DNA of 64,000 nucleotides from the human T2T-CHM13v2.0 reference genome, Homo sapiens. A model generated the notes under the pieces. That model saw nothing but the letters and a program-made list of their open reading frames with translations. It searched no databases and was not told where the DNA came from. This document shows, piece after piece, positions 42,054-53,757 of this stretch (positions are counted from its first letter, which is position 1; every line of letters starts with the position of its first letter). Both the position numbers and the translations under genes were made by a program. The DNA is taken from the NCBI RefSeq assembly GCF_009914755.1, contig NC_060947.1; one strand, 5' to 3'.

Positions 42054-42622
42054 TGTTTGTCTTGTTTTAGGTGAAATAAATATGTTTTAGAACTTCATTC
42101 TGCTTTCTCTATTTACTTTATAGCTATACCTTATTGTATTTTAAAGTGATTGCTTTAGGGATTACAATATAAACCACTAATCTTTCTGTGTTCTCAGAGT
42201 TCATATTGTACCACTTCACATAAAATAAAAGAACATTAGTGTTATGCATTTCCTCTTACCACTGCTCTTTTATACTATAGCTGCCATATGTATTATACCC
42301 GCATACATTAAATCTCATAATACACTATAATTTTTGCTTTAAAGCAACTTATATTTAAAAGAAATTAAAAGGAAAATAAAAGATAGTGGTTTATATTTAC
42401 CCACATATTGGCCATTTTTTATGCTTTTCATTTCTCTATTTAGATTTCATTTTACGTCTGGTATCATTTCTCTTCAGCCTAAAAAAACTTCCTTTAGCAT
42501 ATCTTGTATTGCAGATATACTAACATTGTACTTACTTTTTGTTTATGTATCGCTGTCTTTGTTTATGTAACACTGTCTTTGTGAATGATACCTTGTAGAT
42601 TCCAAATTTAGTTCCTCTACAG

Positions 42623-42966
42623 CAGGGGTCTCCAACCCCCAGGTCATGGACCAGTACTGGTCCCTGGCCTGTTAGGAACCAGGCCTCACAGCAGGAGGTG
42701 AGCCGTGGGCCAGCAAGCATTACCACCTGAGCTCCGCCTCCTGTCAGGTCGGTGGTGACATTAGATTCTCATAGGAGTGTGAACCCTATTGTGAACTGCA
42801 CATGCGAGGGATCTAGGTTGCATGCTCCTTATGAGAATCTAATGCCTGATGATCTGAGGTAGAACAGTTTCATCCTGAAACCTACCCCCACACCCCATCG
42901 GTGGAAAAATTGTCTTCCTGAAAACCGGTCTTGGTCCCCTGGTGCCAAAAAGGTTGGGGACCACTG
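42623..42966 (+). mobile_element. MER1B (hAT-Charlie MITE)
   Basis: TIRs CAGGGGTCTCCAAC / GTTGGGGACCACTG; imperfect 8-bp TSD CTCTACAG/CTGTGCAG. Confidence 0.9.
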
Positions 42967-43664
42967 CTGTGCAGAGAATTAACTTGTTTGTTGGTTGAAG
43001 CAACAAATTAATTCAGTCTCTGTCTCTTCTGCAGTTAGCATCAGATGAAATATTTTAGCTAAGGCTAAAAGAACTGAAGCTCTCTGTTCTCCCCACCATG
43101 TATAGTTCAGGGGTCAGCCAGATGTTTGAGCCAAAGTTATATACAGAATTTGTGGCACTCTGTTTGCGACTTTCACCTTTCAGTGTATTATTTACTTATT
43201 TTTCAGCTGCTGTGGTTGCCCCAAAATGTGGCCATTGATTCCTAAACTAGTAAGACTACATATTTATCTGAGTTTTAGCCACTCCACGTGTAACCAGACA
43301 AAAAGCCATGATAGCCACTCCACATGTAATTGGGCAAAAAGCCATAAAAGCAGGCATCCAGAAACATTTCCTCTTCCAAATTCTACTTCTCTCCGATCTC
43401 TGCTTGCTTTCTGTCTTACTCAAGTGCTTTAAAATAATGAACAATAAATGTTAATTTTTCTGTGACACAGTTTCAAAATATAAGCACTACTAAATCTTAG
43501 CGTGAAGCAACAAGAATGCAGAAATGTCATTATTAAGGTACCGAAATGCATACATCATACAGTACTCTAAGAAAATAAAACCATCATATGAAAATATGTA
43601 CTATGATAATCTCATAAATATTCTAAGGAGACAAATAGGTACTAAAGGGAAAGTTTTTTAAAAG

Positions 43665-44376
43665 ATGTTTTATTGACACATAATGATTATATACATTTAT
43701 GGGGTACATGTGATATTTTGGTACATACGTATAATTTGTAATGATCTAATTGGGGTATTTAAAATATCCATTGCCTTGAAAATTTATAATTTATTTGTGT
43801 TGGGAATATTTCAAATATTCTCTTCTAGCTATTTTGAAATATACAATAAATTGTTAACTATAGTCAGCCTACTGTGCTATCAAAACAGTATGGAGGTTTC
43901 TCAAAAAGCAAAACATAGAACTACCAGATGATCCAGCAATCACACTACTGGGCATTTATCCAAAGGAAAGGAAATCGGTCTATCAAAAGGATACTTACAG
44001 TCCTATATTTATCTCCATGCCATTCACAATAGCCAAGATAAGGAATCAACTTAAGTGCCCATCAACAGATGAATGGAAAAAGAAAATGTGGTATATATAC
44101 ACAATGGAATACCATTCAGCTGTACAAAATAACAAAATCCTGTCATTTTCAGCAACATAGATGGAACTGGAAGTCATTATATTAAGTGAAATAAGCCAGG
44201 CACAGAAAGACGAATACCACATGTTCTCACTTATTTGTGGGAGTTGTAAACTTTGATCTCATGGAGGTAGACAGTAGAATGGTAGTTAGTCAAGGCTGGG
44301 GAGGGCTGGGGGAATGAAGAGAGATGGTTAATGGGTACAAACATACAGTTAGATAGAAGGAATACGTTCTAGTGTC
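43665..44376 (-). mobile_element. L1MA 3' end with 5' inversion (twin-priming structure)
   Basis: Minus-strand terminal segment 43665-43886 is joined head-to-head to plus-strand segment 43882-44376; the two are contiguous in the L1MA consensus. Confidence 0.8.
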
Positions 44377-45171
44377 CTCAAGTGCTTTTAGATAGTTATT
44401 TACGTTGTTTCCCAGGGTTTATAATTGCTAGCTATGGGAAGTTTGGTTCAATATGACTTATTTTGCCATTGCTGAAAGTAAAACATGTACTCTGCCTTTA
44501 ATTATGAAAAGAATGAGCCATTGACTTTCTTGCCTGAAGAGGTTGAATGCAATTTAATTGTGAAAGTGAGGGCTGTCTAGTTCAGTCAACATAGAGAATA
44601 CAAACAGGGATGAATTCTTTAGTTACTATAGGCAAAAAAGGTTTCATATGTAGATCTATATATTTGGAAAAGTGAAACATTAATTTAAATAAATAACATT
44701 CTTACCAGAATGCCTTGATTCGAAATATGTGAGCTCTTATAACAAATTATTGGAATTGACTTTCCTCCATAGCATACAGTGTCTTAAACCATAGCATGTT
44801 CCCTTCAGCTACACTCTCAGCTGAAATAACTTTGTATGTGTGAGGTATGAACATATAATAAATATATAGCGATATATTTTCAAAGGAAAATGTAACCTTA
44901 TCATAACATCTCTTCACAACATGCCTTTTTCATATAACAGCATATTTTCCAAGTAATGGAACACATTTCTAACATGTGATTTTTTTGGTTTACTTCACAA
45001 ACAGGCTTATCCTGTGTTTTCAAAAATATTATTTGGTTTACTTTCCCTGATTGTAAAATTAACATAAATTTTTTGCCAAAAACAAGTAACTGTTTTGTAT
45101 TTTTCTTTTCCTCTATCTATACTATGGTATTAATTCAGTTATATAAATTATAAATGAACATATACTTTTTT

Positions 45172-45199
45172 TGTGTGTGTGTATATATATATATATATA

Positions 45200-45230
<31 letters not shown>
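45172..45230. repeat. Compound (TG)(TA)(TG) microsatellite
   Basis: Direct observation. Confidence 0.9.
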
Positions 45231-45233
<3 letters not shown>

Positions 45234-45274
45234 AGGAAATAAAATGTTTCTAAATTTTAACTTCGTTTATCAGT

Positions 45275-45640
45275 AGGTGTCATCAACCCTAAACAACAGC
45301 TAATCTCCTTTCTGTCTTTATGGCTATGCTTATTCTGGACATGTCATATAAATGGAATCATACAATATGTGACTTTTTGCATCTGACTTATTTCAGTTAG
45401 CATAATGTTTTTAAGGTTCAACCATGTTGTAGCATCCGCCAGTACTTTTTTATGGCTGAATAATATTCCATTGTATAGATGTACCACATTTCACTTGTAC
45501 ATTTACCAATTGGTGGGCATTGGACTGTTTCCATCTTTTGGCTACTATTAATAATGTTGCTGTAAACATTCATGTACAAGTTTTTGCTTGAACACCCGTT
45601 TTCAATTCTCTTATGTATATACCTAAGAGTGGAATTGGAG
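45275..45640 (-). mobile_element. L1MB 3' fragment
   Basis: ATTCTGGACATGTCATATAAATGGAATCATACAATATGTG..; ORF 45418-45693 has WYIYTMEYYSAIKK. Confidence 0.8.
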
Positions 45641-46566
45641 GCCATGTGTTCATTTTTAAACAAAGCTGCTATTACCTGTGCAAAATTGATCAAAACAAAT
45701 AGGCAAATAAATAAACAAACCTGTTTTTATGGTATTACCAAATGGCTGCATATGAGCAAGGACCATCAGAGAATATGGACAAATAAAATACTCGAACCTT
45801 TCAGAGAGGGTATTTACCAGTTAATGGTTTTCTATGGTCACAAATAAATATTACAAATGCAGAAGGCAGCAGGAGTTGCTTCTGTTGCCAGAAATCCAAA
45901 TCCATTAAATTCATTCTCTAGGCTTTTAGGCACTTAGAGTTATGTTGACTATTAGTGATACAACTCTTATAAAGGCATAAAGCATACCATTCTGAAAGTA
46001 GGCAAAGACTATTCAGACAAATATCTACGTCTAATGTGAAACGGTTCAATTGAAATGCTGTCCCCACATCACTTATTGGGTCAGAAGAAAATATCATGGC
46101 CAGAGATAACTTGGCATAGAACTGAATTTATCCAGGATGTATTATCTTTGAATACTCCATTGCGACCTGCCAGCTGGAGGTCACATAAGAAAATATGACA
46201 GCACTAAATATGGCAAATGAAAGTTCATTACATCCTATCAAATGTTTTTCTAATGTGGTATTTAAAAGTTTCTTCAAATTTACATTTCCTTTATTTGTCC
46301 AAAAATGGGAAAATGTACGCATTTATCATATTCACCTCAGAAAGGCTATGTGGCACATCAGTGATGTGACATGGAAAACTTTTAACTCCAGGAAAGCCAA
46401 ATTCATAGGCCTATGGGGCCAAGTTGATAATGTAGATAATATAAGCAGGAGTAAATAAAAATAACAAGAACTTTTGCTACCACAAGTTAATACTGTCCAC
46501 TGTTACTGAAATGAACAGTATTCTTAGTTTCTTTGTTTCACCCACGTTTCACAACTTTTATTTTTT

Positions 46567-46705
46567 AGCCGGGCACGATGGCATGTGCCTATAGTCCCAT
46601 CTTACTTCAGGAGGCTGAAGTGGGAGAATTCCTTGAGCTCAGGAGTTTGAGACTACCCTGGGCAGCATAGCGAGACCCTGTCTCTAAAACAATAAATACA
46701 TAAAA
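46567..46705 (+). mobile_element. FLAM (Alu monomer)
   Basis: Monomer with A-rich tail. Confidence 0.8.
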
Positions 46706-46912
46706 TTTTATTTTTAATAGTGAAGTAATAATTGCATTATTTATGAGGTACAGTGTGATGTTTTGATATATATATATGTATGTGTATATATATGTGTATG
46801 TATATGTATACACACACACACAGATTGTGGAATGATTAAATCAAGTGAGTTAACATATCCATCACTTCACCTATTTATCATTTGTAGTTAGAATGTTTAA
46901 AATCTCTTTTAA
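46706..46912 (-). mobile_element. L1MA 3' terminus
   Basis: TTTATGAGGTACAGTGTGATGTTTTGAT..GGAATGATTAAATCAAG..TAACATATCCATCAC. Confidence 0.7.
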
Positions 46913-49306
46913 CGAGAAATATTTCACTTTTCTCTTTACTGTAAGAAAAGTAACAGCAATAATAGTACAATAAAAAACTAACATTCCGTGTATGTGTGGG
47001 GATAGGAAGTGACAGGAACCACAGTGACTGGGGATAAGGAAACTGCTTCTCAGCTCCAGCCAGTTATTTCCTTAAGGGCATGAAGGAATGTAGGCCCTGT
47101 GTGGCAAAACCTTCTCATTTTTCAAGATAAGCCAAGAAGCTTTATTTATATGTGAAATCTTCCAATTTTTAGATGTCGGCAACTGTTTAAAAATGAAATG
47201 TTATGTGGACAAAATTGTGTTCCCCAAATCATCAATTTTTACCCTCTGTTGTAAATTAATATTTTTTTGCAGTTGCAAGATTTAATAGAGTGAAAGTAAG
47301 TTAATATTAACTGAAGGAATATGACATCTAAAACCAGATAAGCTAAAATCAAAAGATTAAAGACAGACATGATTAATATTTTACAATTATCTTTATATAA
47401 ACAAAAAGTCCAATTAAAGAATTAAAAAAAGAAAGGGAATGAAATTAGGAGCAGACTTACAAAGAAGCTTACATTACGTGCTTTGTCCAGACATAAGGAG
47501 TTGAGAAGAGTTTTTTTTATTGCCGGGGTTATTATGGAGGTTAATGAAAATGTTTACCCAAAAGTTGGAACTATCAAGAATGAATATAATATTCATAAGA
47601 AAAACGAGGACACTATGATCAGTTCCCAAGAGCTTTTCTAAAATAAGAACAGCTTTCATTTTTGGCCTGCCATTCCAATATCACTGCCTTGTTTTTACAG
47701 GGATTTTCGGTTTATATGGACTCTTTTTTGGATGGCCACACTCCCCCTTTTAGCAGAGTAATTATCTGTATTTCATAGATCAGGAAATCAAGGGCATAAA
47801 ACATGTTGCTGAGAAAAGACTAGGAATAAATAATCTTTTATTCGTGCAAATCTCAGTTGTAAGTTCACATAGTGGAGGCAGAAATGTCAACCGGATGTCT
47901 AGAATACAGAAAGAACTAGTCTTTGCTGAGCCTTGAATACTATTTTTAAAATCTTATTAATGTGAAAGACTGAGGACTCCTTGTAACCTCATTTAAAAAG
48001 TTTTATCTGCTAATACATAGACAGTGTTTACAGACAGAAACATATTTGTCATTTGACTCTAAAAAATTCACCTGTGCAAAAATCTCATTGTCAAAAGTAG
48101 GCAGAGAGCATAAAGAAAACACACTTTTCCACTGAATATTTTTTTCTTGAAATTAAACATTTTTATTTGAATGCAATCATCAACATGACTGAATGACAAT
48201 ATATTTGCTTATGAGTAATATAAAGTGAAACCATACAAATTGAGAACAAAATTAAGTTGTCTTGATAGCTATTCAAAAAGTGTTCGACCAAAACAAACCC
48301 CTGGTCCAGTATAAATACTCTCTATTAAATTCTCAAAATAAATATGGCTGAATACAAAGAAATCCTTATGCTGTTGAGATGACCCATTTTTATGCTCTGG
48401 GAAAAGAAATGATTTAGCAGAAGACATGAGAATTGTGTGTTATTTTAAAGTGAAGATGTGAATGTCTGTATGGAAAGGCAAGATGAACTTAAACATTGAA
48501 CAGTAAACTGAGAATTCTGATTTGGTTCCCTTTTAGCACAGTGCTACTGAAGCACTGCCAAGTTCACCATGCACTCAGATGTGCAAATGTTTCTCTGTAT
48601 AACTGGTCTGATCATCCTCATGGCTCCGTCTACACCTGCACTTTCTGTCTGTCCTTTTGAGAATACTCACAATCTCTCAGGTTGGCCTTGCCTTATGCCC
48701 AGCCATTTTCCATCATTAGGTCTTGGGCACATGGGTGGTTGTGGGATGGAGAGGCAAGGGGCAGTGGTAGCTTGCTTGTCCCTATGGCACTAAGTTGTTC
48801 CCTGCACTGGTGACTGTTAAGATGTGATGAAACTTCGCCATGACCTTTTGGCTTTGTTCCCGGCCCTTTCATTAGCACTGTGTTTTTATAGTCAATAAAT
48901 TAGTCTTTATTATCATATATGCATGTATATTATCATACATACAAATAAATGGAAAATAATAAGGAAAGAAATAAATTATTGCGAAGTAGCAAAAACATGC
49001 CTAAAAGGATTTTTAAAAGGAGACTATCAGATGAACTGTAGACAATGTCTGGTGATACTGCCATAGTCTCTGCCCAAAAGCTCCTTGATCTGATATACAA
49101 CTTCAGCAAAGTTTCAGGATACAAAATCAATGCAAAAATCAGTAAGATTTCAATGTACTAATAACATCCAAGCTGAGAGCCAAATCGAGGACACAATCCC
49201 ATTCAGAATAGCCAAAAAAAAAAAAAAAAAAAAAAAAAAACCTAGGGATACAGCTAACCAGAGAGGTGAAAGATCTCTACAATGAGAGATTATAAAACAC
49301 TGCTCC

Positions 49307-49374
49307 ATCGTGCCATTGCACTCCAGCCTGGGCAACAAGAGCGAAACTCCGTCTTAAAAAAAAAAAAAAAAAAA
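49307..49374 (+). mobile_element. Severely 5'-truncated AluS (Sp/Sq-type 3' end)
   Basis: ATCGTGCCATTGCACTCCAGCCTGGGCAACAAGAGCGAAACTCCGTCT + poly(A), inside L1 ORF2. Confidence 0.88.
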
Positions 49375-50919
49375 GAATTCAGAGATGACACAAACAAATG
49401 GAAAAACATTCCATGCTCATGGATAGGAAGATTCAATATTGTTAAAATGTCCATGCTGCCCAAAGCAATTTACAGATTCAATGCTATTCCTTTCAAGCTA
49501 CCAGTGACACCCATCACGGAATTAGAAAAAACTGTTTTAAAATTCATATGGAACCATAAAAGAAGCCAAATAGCCAAGCAATCATAAGCAAAAAGAACAA
49601 AGCTGGAGACATCACATTACCTGACTTCAAACTATACTACGAGGCTACAGTAACCAAAACAGCATGGTGTGCATACAAAAATAGGCACATAGAAAAAGAG
49701 AACAGAATCTAGAGCCCAGAAATAATGCCACACACTTACAACCATCTGATATTCAACAAAATCGACAAAAACAAGCAATGGGGAAACAACTTCCTATTGA
49801 ATAAATGGTGCTGAGATAACTGGCTAGCCATACACAGAAGACTGAAACTGGACCCCCTTCTTACACCATATAGAAAAATCAACTCAAAATGGGTTAAAGA
49901 CTTAAATGTAAAACTTAAAACTGTAAAGATGCTGAAAGATCACCTAGGAAATACCATTATGGACATAGGTCCTGGAAAATATTTCATGATGAAGATGCCG
50001 AAGCAATTTCAACAAAAACAAAAATTGACAAATAGGACCTGATTAAAGAGCTACTGCATAGCAAAAAAACTATCAACAGAGTAAACAGACAACTCACAGA
50101 ATGTGAGAAAATACTTGCAAACTATGCATCTCATAAATATCTAATATCCAGAATCTATAAAGAACTTAAACCAATAATCAAAAACCAACTAATCCCATTC
50201 AAAAATGGGCAAAGGACATATAGTAAAGTGAACAAACACTTTTCGAAAGAAGACATACACACAGCCAACAAGTATATGCAAAAAAGCTCAACATCGTGAA
50301 TCATTAGAAAAATGCAAATCAAAACCACAGTGAGATACCATCTCACACCAGTCAGAATGGCTATTAAAAAGTCGAAAAATGAAAGGTGCTGACAAGGTTG
50401 TAGAGAAAAATGAACTTATACACTTCTAGTGGTAATGTAAATTAATTCAGCCACTGTAGAAATACTGTGGATTTCTCAGAGAACTTAAAACAGAATTAGC
50501 ATTTGACCCAGCAATTCCATTATTGGGTATATACCCAAAAGAATGTAAATCGTTTTACCATAAAGACACATTCACAATAGCAAAGCACTATTCAAAGTAG
50601 CAAAGACATGGAATCAACTTAAATGCCCATCAATGGTAGATTGGATAAAGAAAATGTGGTATATATACACCATGGAATACTACACAATCGTAAAGAAGAA
50701 TGAGATCATGTCCTTTGCAGCAACATGGGTGGAGCTGGAGGTCATTATCCTAAGCAAACTAATGCAGGAATAGAAAACCGGATATCACATGTTCTCACTT
50801 ATAAGTGGGAGCTATACATGGAGTACATATGGATATAAAGAAAGGAACAACAGATACCAGGGCCTACTGGGGGGTGGAGGGTGTGGAGAGGGTGAGGATA
50901 AAAAACTACCTATCGGTTA

Positions 50920-51293
50920 TGATATGGTTTGGCTTTGTGTTCCAACCCAAATCTCATCTTGATTTGTAATCCCCAGGTGTTGAGGGAGGAACTGGTCGGA
51001 GGTGATTGGATCATGGGGGGTGGTTTCCCCCATGCTGTTCTCATGATCGTGAGTGAGTTCTCACGAGATCTGATGATTTTATAAGTGTTTGGAAGTTTCT
51101 CCTTCACACTCTCTCTTTTCCTGCCACCTGGTGAAGAAGGTACTTGCATCTCCTTCATCTTCCACCATGATTTTAAGTTTCCTGAGGCCCCCCTGACCAG
51201 CCATGTGTAACTGTGAGTCAATTAAACGTCATTCCTTTATAAATTATAGTCTCAGGGAAGTTCTTTATAGCAATGTGAAAATGGACTAATAGA
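50920..51293 (+). mobile_element. THE1D/MSTA solo LTR nested in L1 3'UTR
   Basis: Starts TGATATGGTTTGGCT; imperfect 5-bp TSD GGTTA/GGATA. Confidence 0.88.
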
Positions 51294-51914
51294 GGATACA
51301 CTGCTTATTACCTGGATGATGAAATAATCTGTACACCAAACCACAGCGACATGCATGCAATTTTCCTATATAAGAAACCTAAACATGTACCCTGAACTGA
51401 AAATAAAAGGTAAAAACAATAAAAAGAAAGCATCCGAAACATGCCACTTCTTTAAGTGATATTAGAAATGTTAGTTCCAGAATTCTTCATTCCATCAACG
51501 GGGGATTTTGATGTAAAATGAATGGAATAACTATATTAAGGATTATTTGAAAATATACACAGAAAACATGCAATATACACGTATTTATGTAACTTGTGAG
51601 CTTTGGTGTTACTTTTTGTAGCATATGCTTTCCTTTGGAGTTTGGAAGAGGAAAAGTTATTTGTGCCATTTCTTTTTATTATTTAATGAGTTATCCTGCC
51701 TATTCTTTACTCTTCAGTTTAACATTAGAGAAACACACACTCACTCCACACATGTAGAAACAAATTGCAGTCGTCTTTCTCCAAATGAGTATGTCCTGCA
51801 GGCAGTTGAAAATGAGAGTCTGGGCTTCAAAGAAAAGAGTGGGATGGACAAATGGACTTGAGTTGGCAGTGCCCAGCCCCCCCAAAAATACGTACAGAAT
51901 GGAAGAATAATTGT

Positions 51915-52445
51915 GAGAGACCCAGCTTTGGAAGTCATTATCAAAAACTAAAACAGCAATACACATTCAAGTTTTTTCTCTCCACATGAATTTTTCAAAT
52001 ATATTTTGTATTATTCATTTCATATTGTCTTTGTCTCTCTTTGCAAAAATTGTTACTTTTCCATCGCAGCAGATGTGGACTATAGAGATAATTGCCACCT
52101 GCTGGTCAAAGCCAGAACTACATCTCTGAATATCTGGGAGGAGGCTCTGTAAGGATCTGGAGAGGGAGGGGCCTCTGGCCTGACCCGCCAAACAGGGCTT
52201 GCTGGAGGCTTGAATGGCACAGGCAGCCCTTCCTGCTTAATCTATTGCTGCCTGGCTCTCTGAGTTCTTGGCAGGAAGTTCCACCCCTGTCTCAAATAAA
52301 GAGAAAGCCACCAGTGTGAGTGTCTCTGATAAACTATATCAGCGCATGTTTGTGCATGTGTCTGTATTTTGTATTTTGGGTTATATCCTTTTAAACACAG
52401 TTGATTTATAACATGTACTTATGCACACGGCAGTATTATCAACAA
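51915..52445 (+). repeat. Low-copy ancient repeat, head module A, copy 4
   Basis: Paralog of 11545-12120; shares a 49-bp identical run CCAAACAGGGCTTGCTGGAGGCTTGAATGGCACAGGCAGCCCTTCCTGC. Confidence 0.92.
52093..52122 (-). promoter_or_regulatory. Bipartite CTCF motif (core + M2), ancient repeat copy 4
   Basis: TGCCACCTGCTGGTCA (rc TGACCAGCAGGTGGCA, near-consensus core), 5-bp spacer, then AGAACTACA. Confidence 0.7.
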
Positions 52446-52524
52446 TAAGGGGGGGCCAATCATATTGTAAATACAATGTGTAATTTGCTCTTTTAAAAAA
52501 ATCTCACCGTTAACTATGAATTCC

Positions 52525-53003
52525 TTTTTAAAAATTAATTTCATTATAAATTGTAAGATGTACAACATGATGTTATAAGATACATATAGTAAAATGGTTA
52601 CTGTAGTGGAACAGATTAACATATCCATCATCATCTCACGGAGTTTCCTATTTTCCTTCTTTTGGCAAGAACAGCTGTAATCTACTCATTTAGCAAAAAT
52701 CCGAATGCAATACACTATTATTTACTATATTCCTCATATTGGACGTTAGATCTTTTGATTTGTTCATCCTACATGTTTGCGCTTTGTATCTTTGATGTAT
52801 ACATCTCCCCATTTCCTTCTCCCACCCTAACCCTTGTAACCGCTATTTTCTTGTCTCTCTCTATATTTGACCTTTAAAAAACATTTGACACATAAGTGGG
52901 ACTGTGCAATATTTGTCTTTCTGTGTCTGGCTTATTTCATTTAGTATAATGACCTCCAGGTCCATCCTTGTTGTGGCAAATGGCAGGATCTCCTTGTTTT
53001 TTA
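52525..53003 (-). mobile_element. L1MA 3' fragment
   Basis: GATGTACAACATGATGTT..TGTGTCTGGCTTATTTCATTTAG..GGCAGGATCTCCTT. Confidence 0.8.
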
Positions 53004-53366
53004 TACTACATTATTTATATTACTAAGTGCAAATTGCTTTCCAGGTCAGTAGACTTATACAAAATAAATTCCTGAGATTAGATTATAATAAGTTTTTATT
53101 TTTTCACAAATTTATAACAATTACTTTCCTAAATCACAAAACTAATATATGTTTGTAATTGAAAGAAACTGAGCAAAAGACATGCTAATGTGGAAATGAA
53201 ACAATCCTGTATCTACCTCCTTCACTCTGCTGAGGTATCCTTTGTTAATGGTGCAGAGCATATTCAACAGATGATTTTTTTTCTCCATAGAAAGAAAATG
53301 TTCCTGAGAATATATATGGAAATATGTATGTACAAAATACATAAAGATGTACAATGTGTGAACATG

Positions 53367-53757
53367 TGTTATGAGATGAATGTTTCTATCCTCCCAAATT
53401 TACGCATTGAAGCCCTAGCTTCCAAGGTGATAGTATTTGGAGGTGGGGCCTTTGGGGTACAATTAAGTTTAGATTAGACCATGAGAGTGGGACCCTCATG
53501 ATGGGATTGACGCCCTTATAAGCAGAGGAAGAGAGAGAGAGATCTCTTTCTTTCTTCACGAGTATGCACCAAGGGTAATGTGAGCAAACAGCAAGAAAGT
53601 GGCTGTCTACAAGCCATGAAAAGAGCCATCACCAGACGCTGACTCTACTGACACTTGGTCTTGGACTTTCCAGCCTCCAGAACTATCAGAAATAAATGTC
53701 TGTCATTTAAGTCACCCAGACTGTGGCATTTTGTTATAGCAGCCTGAACAGACAGCA
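53367..53757 (+). mobile_element. MLT1A-type (MaLR) LTR
   Basis: GTATTTGGAGGTGGGGCCTTTGG..GGACTTTCCAGCCTCCAGAACT..TTTTGTTATAGCAGCCTGAACAGAC. Confidence 0.82.

Larger units (their letters stand above)
49062..51428 (+). mobile_element. 5'-truncated L1PB/old L1PA (ORF2 C-half + 3'UTR)
   Basis: [12 protein letters not shown] and FIWNHKR homology; hosts an Alu fragment and an LTR. Confidence 0.92.

Noticed and set aside
45850-48400. Purine-rich stretch that might be decayed coding sequence (e.g. hAT transposase)
   Set aside because: No recognisable protein motif in hand-translated frames. Left unresolved; needs tBLASTx/Dfam.
52092-52319. 75-aa ORF over the conserved module A core as a microprotein
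   Set aside because: It starts at TTG, and the same frame in paralog copy 2 hits TGA after about 22 codons. I saw no codon-position bias in the mismatches.
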